64,000 bases of DNA from Leucoraja ocellata. Its lineage: Eukaryota. The DNA lies in NCBI GenBank assembly GCA_036785375.1, contig JAWMAR010000084.1, forward strand, positions 3,162,001-3,226,000. The letters are read 5' to 3'. Of this stretch, positions 22,866-34,527 are shown piece after piece; within the stretch, counting starts at the first letter, position 1; each line of letters begins with the position of its first letter. The translations under genes and the position numbers were made by a program. The notes below the pieces were generated by a model. The model searched no databases. It was not told the DNA's origin and worked only from the letters and a program-made list of their open reading frames with translations.

Positions 22866-23811
22866 TATTGAGGTAGCTACATTATAGGTTGCATGCATAA
22901 ACCATCTACAGGGACCTTCCAGTCTGAAGAAGGGTCCTGACCCGAAACATCACCCAACCTTTTTCTCCAGAGATGCTGCCTGACCCGCTGAGTTACTCCA
23001 GAACTTTGTGTGCATCTTTGGTATATGTCAGCATCTGAAATTTGTTTCTGCACATTAACGTTTGCAATGTTGGTTTCTCCTCTGGGTTTTAATTAAATTC
23101 TGAAAATTAAAATAATATTTATTTGCCTCTTAGTCTGTTTTACCCTTTTATTGATTGACTGTGAATTGAGTGCAATATTCTAAATTAAATTCCTTTGTTG
23201 AAATTGAGGAGATTATATGCATGGTAACTAATTGTCTGCTAGAATGTTTGGTTAGCAACTGGATGGTGAGCCAGCATATAACCTTTTATGACATGCCATG
23301 AGGAAGACTGGTAGGGGCATTACTGAATCATCCACAGACAAGGAAATACATTTCCTTCTCTATTGTGGAGTTTGCAAAGAAAACTGAGTAAGGTTTATAC
23401 AAACGTGAGGTTCTGGTAGTCATGTATGGATCAGGATGAAGTTTGACATAAAAAGCTGGTGTAACTCAGTGGGACAGGCAGCATCTCTGGAGAAAAGGAA
23501 TGGGTGAAGCTTTGGGTTAAGACCCTTCCCAACCAACATCTGCAGTTCCTTTCTACACATTCAGGACAAATTTTCTTCAGTGGGAGTGTCTGGTTGCGAA
23601 TTGGATGTTTAGGATTATGTTGGAATTGTGGCAGGGGGTGAGTGTGCGAGTTGGGAGTGGTTGATAGTTGAGTTGGACTGTGTAATTGACATTTGATCTG
23701 TTGTGGTATTGATAAGGGGGATGGGACTCTATGATCCACTGAGTTACTCCAGCCCTTTTTGTCTTTTTTTCTTTTTTTTGTAAATTAGTAACTGCAGTTC
23801 TTGTTTTCTAG

Positions 23812-24106
23812 GCAGCATAGTAGCGCAGTGATAGGGTTGCTGCCATACAGTGCCTGAGACCTGTGTTCTATCCTGACAACGGGTGCTGTCCGTATGGAGT
23901 CTGTACATTCTCCTCGTGATCACGTGGGTTTTCTCCAGGTGCTCCGGTTTCCTCCCACATCCCAAAGACATACAGGTTTGTAGGTTAATTGGCTTCGGTA
24001 AAAATGATAAATTGTCCCTAGTGTGTGGAATAGTGCGAGTGTATGGGGGTCGCTGGTCAGCGCAATATCGGTGGGCCGAAGGGTGTGCTTCCGCACGGTA
24101 TCTCTA
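23812..24106 (+). mobile_element. tRNA-derived V-SINE-type SINE
   Basis: GGCAGCATAGTAGCGCAGTG head, GGAGTCTGTACATTCTC...GGTTTCCTCCCACATCCCAAAGAC core, GGTATCTCTAAA tail. Other copies at about 25990-26160 (-), 45524-45812, 54862-55147, 59973-60125 and 60946-61230. Confidence 0.75.
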
Positions 24107-26805
24107 AAATGAAACAAATCTACATGGTTTTGCAATCCTATTTGCTGCTATTTATGTTGGTGTTGACTAAGTTGCAGAAGTACCATCACTACAAGAGCTA
24201 AAACCAGCCTGAAAGCCACCCAGATGTAATCTGGATGTGAATTTTTGCATTCTCATCATCGCATAAGTAAAGAATTGCTAATGAGACAAGAGACTGCCGA
24301 TGGCTCTGATTATTTATTGAATTTCAGGCACTGATATTTAATTAGTGCTCCTGTTTCCATTGGTTAATTTTTGACCTCCCATTCACTTATTTATTTCCTA
24401 TTCCCTTTTATTTATTGGCTCACAATATTTATTTAATTAACAGGACCCTAGGGATGTCTGATGGTTCACTTGTTTATTTTTTCAATATCATGATTTAATT
24501 ACGGTTTTACCTTGCTTGACAATGAATTAAGAGATTCCTGTAACAGTAAAACTTGAGGGATCTTTTTTTCACACTTGCTCCTCCATTTAAAATTTTAGAG
24601 TGTAACATGTCTTCTGACTCCAGTATGTGCGAACCCATGGGGAAATCCACTGGTACATATATCTTTAATGGCGAACAAATCTGATCCTATTACCAGCCTC
24701 TAATGTCCACTTCTTGCTACTTAATGTTGCTGTCTGTCATTCAGCTCTCTCTTTATCCATACTGCTATTTATTTTGTACCAACAGTTCTGAGTTACTTTT
24801 TTCAATCAATATCTGGTGTGATGCCTTAATAAATGTTCTTGGGGATCTATGGATTTCATTCACTCAGCCCATTTGTGTGTTGTGGTCAATAAAATTCTGT
24901 CCTGTCTCAGACATGGCCTCCCTATGTTTGATGATAATTCCTGGTTAGTTCATTCATTTTGCTTCAACCTGATTAATTAAGCAAATTAGAAACATTCGAT
25001 AAAATCAAGGGGTTTACCATCAGTTTGGATGTGCTTTGTAGAGGGAAAAATTGAAACAAATAGACTGAAAATAACTGCCAAGAAAACAGTGTGGAAAATG
25101 TAAATTTTCTGGGGCCTCAATGGTTGTGGGAATGTTCCAGTTCAAACTGTGGAGGTAGAGTGAGTGGGTGTTGTCTGGCATAAGAATCGAGGTATCTTCC
25201 CATATATGCTGGCACACTAATCAGACTTGGGTTTAGATTTTCAAAGGGATTGGAGGCACTGTTAGTATGTAATCTTGGCATGGCTAAACACAGTGAAAGA
25301 CTCAGCTTCTTTCTCCTCCCCCCCCACTCCCGAGATCCAATGTTTTCTCAAAGTTTTCCATTTTTAAAACTGCCAATTTGGCTGTCGTACAATCTTTTAA
25401 AAAATATTATTGAGATAATGCCAGCTGATTGATAATTATTAGGTCTCTTTCCTAAAGACTTTGAACAAAGATATAATATTTGCCTTTCACCAGTCTTCTG
25501 GCACACTGTATATTGGTTTCAAATGTTGAGGTTTTAATTTCATATCTATTTCCTATCTTCTTTTGTACTTTTAAGTTTAACACTATCTGATCCTGCCCTT
25601 GGTTCAAGAATTACATCAGCTAATTATTTAAAAAAAATCTTTCCAAGAAGTATTATTTGCTATCTCCCTTCTCTTCAACTTGTTCAGTTTGCTGTTTTAT
25701 TTAAGATATTGTCCTTGTTCTCCTCATTCAAATGCAATATTTGCTGAATTCTTGCATCCACCATTCTGTTTAAATGGCTGTACTATAGTTGGCCTGACTT
25801 GCGTAGGAAGACCTGTGAATCGGACTCTTGGAACATCAAGCTGTAGTCATTTGAAAATTAATATGTGCATTTGATTCCACCCAGTTTTATTGGTGGTGTT
25901 ACAGTAAATTCAAAGATATTTTTGTGGGATGTGATCATTAGCCTCTTCTTTGTCCCCATCCAAAAACTTTGTTTTTCCACTCACCTGGTAGTTTCCAATT
26001 AACCTACAACCTGCATGTGTTTACAATGTGGGATGAAACCGGAACAGCCAGAGAAAACCCATGAAGTCACATGGAGAACATACAAACTCGTTACAGACAG
26101 CACCCGTAGTCAGGATAGAACCTAGGTCTCTGGCGCTGTGCGCAAGCACACTGCACCATTCTGCTACTCCTTAATGTGCCATCTCAAGCCCTGCAAGTTA
26201 TGTTGAGATAAAATAAATCATTTTAAACTCCAAGCGTCAATTACCTGAAACGTAAACCTGTTTCCACAGATGCTGCCTGATCTGCTTAGTATTCCCAGCA
26301 CCTTTTGTTGTTATTTTATATTTCTAGCATCTGCAGTAAATTATTTTGCGGATCACCAGCTCAACGTGAATGAGGCTTGGGATTGAAATTGTTTTTTTCT
26401 CTTCATTCATGGCAAATCAACCATCTTAAAGTTAAATGTATTCTTGCCTTTGAAGGAAAGTACATGGGGTGTAATACTTTGAAAGATGACATGGAGCAAA
26501 GTTTCACTTGTTGAAATTTAACCAGACTCGTACATCACTTCCCAACTCTTCTCTCCAGATTTTCTTGGATATTTGGCTATTGATTAACCATTGTTCATCA
26601 AGGTGTTTTATTTACAGGGCAGCACAGTGGTGCAGCTGGTAGAGCTGCTGCCTCACTGTGCCAGAGACCTGTATCTCAGCCAACAGACAGCTGGGCAACA
26701 CCCCAAAAATACCATCAGGCAGAATTTTTTTTGTCTGAGTTGTGAAATAAAGAAAATTAAAAATGTTATTTGTAATAAGATCAAACAAACTGAAAATGGC
26801 GATAA

Positions 26806-27231
26806 AGGGGCTGTCCCACTTGGATGACCTAATTGGCGAGTTTAGAAGAGTTTGGACAACGAATAGTGGAGAGTGAAGACGATTTCCTTCGACCTCCCTT
26901 CGACTATGATGAAGACTATGACTACCTTCGACTACCCTTGATTACCTGCGATTAACATGCCGACCTACTATGACCTACTACGACTAAACCTACGAGTAAA
27001 AAAAGTATAGACTTTTTCCATGGAGACCTTTTTTTACTCGCGGGCATTTTTTAACATATTGAAAAAAATGCTGCGACCTAGCTGAGGCCTCAAGAACGCG
27101 GAGACCACTCTTGAGCATGAAGGAGAGTTACGAAGACCTCCTACGACCTCGTGTCGACCATGCTGCGAGTACGATTCGAGGGCAAACTCGGCAGAACTCG
27201 CGGATTAGGTTGCCCAAGTGGGACAGGCCCT
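26806..27231. mobile_element. PIF/Harbinger-type MITE
   Basis: TIRs AGGGGCTGTCCCACTTGG and CCAAGTGGGACAGGCCCT. Flanks TAA and TTA. Interior rich in CGACYT/CGACTA repeats. Confidence 0.8.
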
Positions 27232-28622
27232 TTAGGCTGTTGTTGAGGTATGGCTTTGTGAGACATTCTTGTGTGTAGTGTCAGTGATGGTTGGTGTGAA
27301 ATCTGACCTGGTTTACTGTGAGTGACTAAAAGCATGGAGCAGCATGTATGTCTACAGTAGCAATCTAAGACCTGCACTTACGAATAAACTGCAACTTGTT
27401 CACACCAAAGAGCCAAAAACATATTCAGCTTCATCTGAAGAGCACCCAGAACCAGGGCACCCAATAAAGGCAAGTAACCGACTAGGTCGAAAAATCATCA
27501 ACCAACAGTCTGTAAACCAAGAAGTGTAAATTGGAGATAGGATTGAATATATCTTGGGTACAAAAAAGCAAAGTTGAAAGAGAATGAAAGAAGGCATTGA
27601 GAGAGAGAGAGAAAAAGCAAGGAAAGTAAAAATCTAATGAGTGTCCCTCTCCCATTGGTACGGAACATTCGCATTTTTCAGCTTGAAATTGTGCAATATG
27701 GTGCATACTGTAGCGAGTCTTTTAACTTACACTTGAATGCAAAATATATGCTTTAAATTGGATTGGAGCGTTTTTGAAAGGGGTGAGGCTGTGCGATCAC
27801 TGATCACTGGCCTTGGGGGTACCCGGTGAGGGAGTGGAGCAACCGAGTGGGGAGAGGGTGTGGAAGAAGGGTGTCCCCCCTCCCAGGGTAGGAACCTTTT
27901 GAAATTTGATGTATTAAAATCATGTTTTAGTGCACTGTAGAAGTATGATTTCAATGTTTTTTGTATGAAGTATTTTTAAGAGTTCACTTTTTAAGGGGTA
28001 ACTTTATCCACACAAAGGGTGATGGGTGTATGGAACAAGCTGCCAGAGGAGGTAGTTGAGGCAGGGACCATCCCAACATTTAAGAAAAAGTTAGACTGAT
28101 ACATGGATAGGACAGGTTTGGAGGTATGGACCAAAAGCAGGTGGCGTAGCTGGGACATGTTGGCAGGTGTGGGAAAGTTGCACCGAAGGGCCTGTTTTCA
28201 CACTGTATCACTCTATGACTACATTATACCTCCACCATGCATGAATACTTCAGAATCAAGTGATCGAGTTTTATTGCCATATACTCACATAGAAACATAA
28301 AAAATAGGTGCAGGAATAGGCCATTGGCCCTGCGAGCCAGCACTGTCATTCAATATGATCATGGCTATTCATCTAAATTCAGTACCTCTTTCCAGTTTTC
28401 TCCCCATATACCTTGATGTCGTTATCCCCAAGAACTAAATGTAACTCTCTCTTGAAAACATCCTGTGAATTGGCCTGCACTGCCTTCTGTGGCAGAGAAT
28501 TCCACAGATTCACAACTCTCTGCGTGAAGAAAGTCTGTTCTCATCTCAGTCCTAACTGGCCTTTATTCTTAAACTGTGAACCATGGTTCTGAACTCCCCC
28601 AACATCGTGAACATTTTTCCTG

Positions 28623-29451
28623 TAGTTACAGTAAGTGAAAATCTAGCAGGCAAGCAGGATGCTTTCTCCAACCACCCCCATTTGAAATTCACTATCTTCC
28701 ACCGTATCTACCCAGTGCTTGGTACTTACTTCCAGCAGCCACTGATTGTCCTCCAGAATGCACCGAGCCGCAGCCTGATCCATGCCGGTCACCTGGGCGA
28801 ATTCGGCACAGAGACTCTCACGGCAGTGGCGCAATGCTTCTACGCCTCCGCCTGCCCGGGACTCTTGCACTGAGGCTGCTCCATGGCCGGAGCTGCAGTG
28901 AGCGACTCGCCAGCCTGGCAAACACTCGCCAGCCCCACTCCCCGTCCGCATCTGTCCCCGCCGCTGCTTCTGCTTCCAACACCCGCTCCCCATGCAGTTG
29001 ATATGAGTTTTGAAATTTTCGTTGATCACAGAATTTCTCACAACAGAGCGAAATAAATTTGTGATCAGCGTGAGAATTTTGTGAAATGCGTGATTCTCAT
29101 GGTCAATGCATGGGAGTTCCCTCTCCCTCTCCCTCCCCCTCCCCCTCCCCCTCCCCCTCCCCCTCCCCCTCCCCCTCCCCCTCCCCCTCCCCCTCCCCCT
29201 TCTCTCTCTTCCCTCTTTCTCCCAGTCCCGGCTCCCCGCATCTGTTCCCGCCGCTGGTTCTGCTCCCATCCCTGCCGCAGCTCCGGCTCTCCAACACCCG
29301 TGGACCATGCAGTTTATCCGAGTTTTGAAATTTTCGTTGAATTCAAAATTTCTCACCACTGAGCGTGAGAAATGTCTGATCAGCGTGAGGGCGTGAGAGT
29401 TTGCTTGAGGGCGTGAGTCTCGCGCTGAAAGCGTGAGAGTTGGCAGCCCTG
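28623..29451 (-). mobile_element. One-ended hAT-like non-autonomous element with host-gene cargo
   Basis: End CAGGGCTGCCAACTCTCACGC at 29451, multiple CTCACGC subterminal repeats, an internally duplicated unit of about 120 bp (about 28975-29095 and 29290-29390) and a (CCCCCT)n tract. The other TIR is not found; the sequence abuts a CR1 fragment at about 28622. Confidence 0.6.
28730..28884 (-). pseudogene. TDP2: TDP2-like exon 1 fragment (UBA-like domain), disabled
   Basis: GCCATGG start context. RESLCAEFAQVTGMDQAAARCILEDNQWLLE is followed immediately by GTAAGT (28729-28724). It resembles TDP2 RRLLCVEFASVASCDAAVAQCFLAENDWEME (recalled). The ATG frame has a TAG at codon 15, and ATG to donor is 155 nt (frameshift). 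Confidence 0.7.
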
Positions 29452-29890
29452 ATAAGATCACGAGGGGAATAGATAGGCAGATGCACAGAGTCCTTTACCC
29501 AGAGTAGGAGAATCAAGAACCATAAGACATCGGTTTAAGGGGTGAGATATCATACGAACCTGAGGGGCAACTTTTTCACAGCAATGTTCATAGGTATATG
29601 GAATGAGCTGCCAGAGGGGGGCAGTCACAGGTGCCATATAAGCTGCCAGAGCAGGTACTATAACAGCATTTACAAGACGATTGGACAGGTACATGGATAC
29701 GGACCAATTACGGGCAGGTGGGACTAGGGTAGATGGTGCATCTTGGTCAGCTGGAGCCAGTTAGGCCAAAGGGCAAAGGCCTTTTTGCATGCTGTATGAC
29801 TTATGACTTTAAGTAAAGCAACTGCATGCTGTTTTAAATGGGATGATTGCCAGTTTTTTTTGGAAGAGCAAGACTTTTACAGTATGAGAG

Positions 29891-31370
29891 CAGGGCCGGC
29901 GTTAAGCCGATTTGACCGATTGCTCCCAATTGGGCCCCGCGCCTAAGCGGGGCCCCGCACTAATGTTCAGTATTTCGTACGGAAATACGAATTCTCTTTG
30001 TTAAATAAAGATTTTTTTTAATTCGCCATCCGGATTTTTTTTAAACGAACATGTATAACAACCGCTGCACGGCCATCATACACAAACGATTTGTTAACTA
30101 GTGCTGTTAGCACTTCTTAACGGTAAGTAGTTAACACCTTGTTATGCAATGTCATGAATCCGCATCTATCCGCATTCCTCAGTAAATGTTATAGTGTTTT
30201 GAACAAGTAGTAATGACACTGTGTTCCTTTGAATAAAATTCACGCGGCGTCATTAATACTTGTTTAAAACACAATTACATTTACTGAGGAATGTAGATCG
30301 ATGACACATTGAGAATTTCATTTAACTCACCATCATGAGTGAGGGCCCCGGACCGCGAGAAGGGGCTTCTTCCTGGTGTGCAGGTTAGTCATTCACCTAC
30401 CGACCCACGTTGTCTCTCTGTCTTTTGCTCACTGCCTCCCTCCCGCTTTCTCTTGCACTCTCTCTCCCGCTCCCTATATTGTCTCTCTCTAGCTCTCCCA
30501 CTCCCTCTCTATCACCCTCTCCCCTCAGCATTCCCGGAATCATTGATGTTTAGCAGTAGACAAAAATGCTGGAGAAACTCAGCTGGTGAGGCATTCGCCT
30601 GGCCCGCTGAGTTCCTCCAGCACTCTGTGTTTTTTGTTTGGCTCTGAAGTTGAAGGTGGCTCAGCGGGATGGGCAGCGGCTCTGGGGAGAGGGTTGTGTT
30701 TCTGGTCGAGACCCTTCTTCAGACAATCACAAGTACTCTCACCGACGCGAGTTCAGTTCGGTCTGAAGAAGGGTCTTCTCTCCAGAGTCGCTGCGCTGCC
30801 TGTCTGCTGAGTTACTCCAGCTTTATGTCTATCTTCAATTTCAGAGAATTACAATTTCTCACGGGGGGGCTTATAACGTCTCTAAACCCCTCTGGGACCC
30901 TCTGAACACCTCTAAACCCCCTCTAGCCCCCCCCCCCCCTATTTCCCTCTATTCCCCTCTAAACAATTGTAAACACACCTGAACCCATCTGAAGCCCTCT
31001 AAACATCTCTAAGCCGTTTAAACCCCCTAAGGCCAGCCATGCNNNNNNNNNNNNNNNNNNNNNNNNNNNNNNNNNNNNNNNNNNNNNNNNNNNNNNNNNN
31101 NNNNNNNNNNNNNNNNNNNNNNNNNNNNNNNNNNNNNNNNNNNNNNNNNNNNNNNNNNNNNNNNNNNNNNNNNNNNGCTCATTTTATTAGATGTGTGACA
31201 CTTTCATATAGTTTTTCAAAATTTTAGTATATCAAGCATTTAATGTTTTTTTTGGTTAAAGACGAGCATACTACACGAAATATAAACATACATAAATTTT
31301 TACTTTTCTAGAGTAGGGGCCCCGCCATCAGTTTTCTAATTGGGCCCCGCAATTCCTAGCACCGGCCCTG
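29891..31370. mobile_element. Non-autonomous hAT transposon spanning an assembly gap
   Basis: TIRs CAGGGCCGG and CCGGCCCTG. 8-bp TSD TATGAGAG/CATGAGAG. GGGCCCC subterminal motifs at both ends. Carries Penelope-end pieces (about 30555-30837) and TCTAAACCCC-like repeats. Confidence 0.85.
31043..31176. other. Assembly gap
   Basis: Run of N. Confidence 1.
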
Positions 31371-31489
31371 CATGAGAGCATCTTTTACTACTTCTGTACT
31401 TAACGATTCAATATCCATATAAATAATTAAGTCGAGGAACATCGCCATTATTCTAACAGTAAAACTCCAACTGACTTGTGAAATTATAT

Positions 31490-31968
31490 TATGAGGTGAT
31501 AACGAAGGGATACAAGGACTGTGAACAGTGGAATGACTAAAGTTGAGGGGGGAGGGGGAGGGGGGGGGGGGGGGTGAGGAAATGCAGGGGTTACTTGAAA
31601 TTTGAGAAATCAACGTTTATACCACTGGGTTGTATGCTCCCCAAGCAAAATATGAGGTGCTGCTCCTCCAGTTTGAATGAGGCCTCACTCTGATTGTGTA
31701 GGAGCCCAGGACAGAAAGATCATTATAGGAATGGGAAGGGGAGTTATAATGTTTGGAAATGGGTGATCGTGTATCTAACAGTGCTATGGAGTGAGAGGTA
31801 CTTAAAATTAACATGGATGTGGTCTTGACTTAATATGTTTAGAAACTCCCAGAGAGGAATTTTGTAGTCATACTAATCTCAGTGTCTCGACCCGAAACGT
31901 TGGCAATTCCTTCTCTCCATAGATGCTGCCTCACCCGTTGAGTTTCTCCACCATTTTGTGTCTACCAT
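31490..31968. mobile_element. Penelope-like fragments
   Basis: Minus-strand KHYNSPSHSYNDLSVLG and downstream GIY-YIG C-terminal sequence (about 31595-31770). Plus-strand pseudo-LTR end GTCTCGACCCGAAACGTT...GATGCTGCCTCACCCGTTGAGTT (31884-31968). Confidence 0.65.
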
Positions 31969-32863
31969 ACTAATCTTAATACATTCATCCTCCTCACCCC
32001 ACACATACATTCTCATCAACTGCACCACAGATCCTACCACTAAACTACATTTGTTGCCAATTAACCCACCAACATACGCCCAGAGCACCAGGAGTAATCC
32101 GCATTGTCACTGTGAGAGTGTATATACGCCACATAGACAGCACAGGAAGTCAAGATGGTATTGAGGTGCCCAGAGCTGTGAGGCTACTAGCTGGCCCACT
32201 GTGCCATCCCTGATAAGATGTTGATGACCTTCAAATGGAAACTAAAGGAGGCAGCACCAGATAACAAATAAAAGAAAGGAAAAAAATGAAATTCTTCATT
32301 GCTTCAAATTTGTGTTGTAGTTTTAAGCCAACACACATTTCAGACATCCCTACTATTTTAATAGTAAGATTAAATGAGAACTTACCAGTTTGAAGTTTTA
32401 TCTTTATTTTATGAGGAGATACGTTGAGGGACTACGTGAAGAAGGCCCGTCCAGGCACACGTGCGTCAATCTTCAAAGCAGCGGTGTGAAATCACAGATG
32501 ATATGTACCGAAGGATAATAGTAAGCTACGTGATACAAACTTAACTACCTCCTCTGGCCTTAACTTTATCTTTATTAGGGTGGGTGCGGAGGGCACGTAG
32601 TCCCTCAACGTAACTCCTCATAAAATAAACATTAAACTTCAAACTGGTAAGTTCTCATTTAATCTTACTATTTTACTTCGGAGTCACGTGAGTGACTACG
32701 TAAAGATTTTAAAGCTTCTGTGATTTCAGGCCGTAGATTCAATTCCGGCGTATCACTGCATTTTGATTGACTCTATGAGCGAAAGACAGTCAATAACATG
32801 CAACCATAACATTTGTTTAATCCGTTAATGGTTTATTTTATGATAAACATTATGTGTCCCATT

Positions 32864-33869
32864 TTAATCACTGGGAACATTTAATACTGAATCCAAAACC
32901 GTACCACCAAATACACCAGGGTCTGCAATCTCATTGTGGTAATACTTGTAAAACATCCTTTCATTTGCCCATCCTGTGGTTGCGAGGATATGGCCTATTG
33001 GAACATCCAAATCCTTGGCCGATGATGTTGCCGTCGCCCTGGTGGAATGAGATTTAAATTTGTCAGTATCAATTCCTGAATCCAATAGCACCTTCTTCAG
33101 CCATCTTGAAATTGTTTGTGTTGACACTTTTTTGTGTGTTTTTTTATGGCTGATAAGTAATGCGTATTCTACACCTCTAAGGTGCTTGGTGGTCTCAATG
33201 TAGTGTTTCAAATATGTAACCACACATAGTCTTTGGTCTGTAGGATATGCTGAAAAAAGCAATTTACACCCCGAGACTCCTGGTCTGCTCTGTTTTAGCA
33301 AGTCATAGACATATAATGTAATTTCCTCTGTTGTCATTCCCATTCTGTCTACCCGTAATTTGTGTAATGTTTGTACTCTTTGGGCTGAGACTAAAGCCAT
33401 TAACATGATTACTTTCATAGTGATTTTGTCTAAAGACAAATTTGAGATTGGGACTCCAATCCCTAAGTAGCGTGAGTACATCCCTCACATTCCAGATTTC
33501 CGTATATCTCGGTCTGGGAGGTTTAGCATTAAAGATGCCCTTCATGTATTTACAAATCAAGGGGTGTGATCCTCGAACCTGTTGTTCAGATGCTCTCGAT
33601 AAATATGCAGAGAGGGCACTGGCACTCCTTGCAGTGTTGATTGCACTATAACTTAAATTAGCATCAAAATGTCATGTTGACAAGAATTCTACAACATCTG
33701 AAGTGTTTGCAGTGTGGTAAGAAATGTTTTGTGTTGCACAAAACTGCTCCCATTTCTTAATGTAAGAAATGTACTGCTTCTGGGTACTATCCCTCCAGGA
33801 TCCTGCAATTACATCCATAGTGCGATCTGATAGTCTTCTTCCGACATATGGCCTTTTTAGAATCTGCAA
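32864..33869 (-). pseudogene. DIRS1 tyrosine recombinase, frameshifted
   Basis: STQKQYISYIKKWEQFC, KGIFNAKPPRPRY, LMALVSAQRVQTLH, LKQSRPG, TISRWLKKVL, FKSHSTRA and GWANERMFYKYY spread over several frames. Confidence 0.9.
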
Positions 33870-34300
33870 ATCAACAAATCAATACGATCATGTAAAGGAT
33901 GAAAATCACCAGTTACAGGGTGCATGAGTAGGTTTTCTTGTCTTGAGATATGCATTATAGGTTCTGTCATCATTTTTAACTCTAATGGATACCATGGTTG
34001 TATGGGCCAATCTGGGAACACCAACAATCTTGAAGCATTATCTTGTTTGATCTTCTGTAGAAATCTACATAAGACAAAAGGGAGGAAATGCATATAAAAA
34101 CATTCCACCCCAATTTAACGAGAATGCATCTACCCATGTTGCACCTGGGTCTGGTTCCCACGAAACATATTGAGGTAACTGGTGGTTCAATCTGGATGCA
34201 AACAAGTCAATTTCTGGTTTTCCAAATTTTTGCACAATGTTATGGAAAATGTCACGATTTAACATCCATTCTGTATTGTCATTAAATTTCCGTGACCTAG
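33857..34300 (-). pseudogene. DIRS1 pol C-terminal remnant (Dam-like MT domain)
   Basis: TRSRKFNDNTEWML...IDLFASRLNHQL...YAFPPFCL, then a frameshift to FPDWPIQPWYP...HPVTG...LICRF*. Confidence 0.9.
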
Positions 34301-34527
34301 TATATTTCCGTGCCTTTATAAATCATTTTACCCATGAGGAGTTCCAATTGAGAAACTCTGTCTGACATAACTTCTGGCTCAGACTCGTCCGAGTCTACTG
34401 GCCTGTTAGTTTTCTTTTTGGCCTTGCTCCCTGTGGGCGTTTCAACGGGGCTTTTTTCTCCCGTTTTAGAAGTTGCTGGTTTTTCTACCGTCGACTTTTT
34501 AGTCGGGCGGCCGCTACTCTCAGCCAT
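34301..34527 (-). pseudogene. DIRS1 gag N-terminal remnant
   Basis: KAKKKTNRPVDSDESE aligns with KATHKTDRPVSSDESE of the intact copy. Truncated at the deletion junction. Confidence 0.75.

Larger units (their letters stand above)
16536..22910 (-). mobile_element. Ty3/Gypsy LTR retrotransposon (Mag/SURL-like), full-length but decayed
   Basis: 215-bp LTRs. 5-bp TSD GGGAC at 16531-16535 and 22911-22915. PBS TGGTGTCAG (tRNA-Leu-like, about 20994-21007). PPT AAGGGAAAGGA (16751-16761). Order gag-PR-RT-RH-IN. Confidence 0.95.
21008..22910 (-). repeat. Gypsy 5' LTR in two pieces (21008-21179 and 22868-22910)
   Basis: Matches 16536-16750 once the insert 21180-22865 and one copy of TA are removed. Confidence 0.93.
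16474..23050. repeat. Penelope-derived palindromic element split by the Gypsy insertion (halves about 16474-16535 and 22911-23050)
   Basis: ACTCAGCAGGTCAGGCAGCATCTCTGGAG on the left is the near reverse complement of CTCCAGAGATGCTGCCTGACCCGCTGAGT on the right. Core CTGAAGAAGGGTCCTGACCCGAAACATC at 22924-22951. Confidence 0.75.

Noticed and set aside
28730-28884. Functional link between the TDP2 fragment and the nearby tyrosine recombinases
   Set aside because: YRs form 3'-phosphotyrosine links whereas TDP2 mainly removes 5' adducts; the fragment lacks the catalytic domain and sits in an unrelated element.
28643-29461. 272-aa ORF with an RG repeat as a real protein
   Set aside because: It is a read-through of transposon subterminal repeats and a (GAGGGG)n microsatellite; only the UBA-like segment is meaningful.
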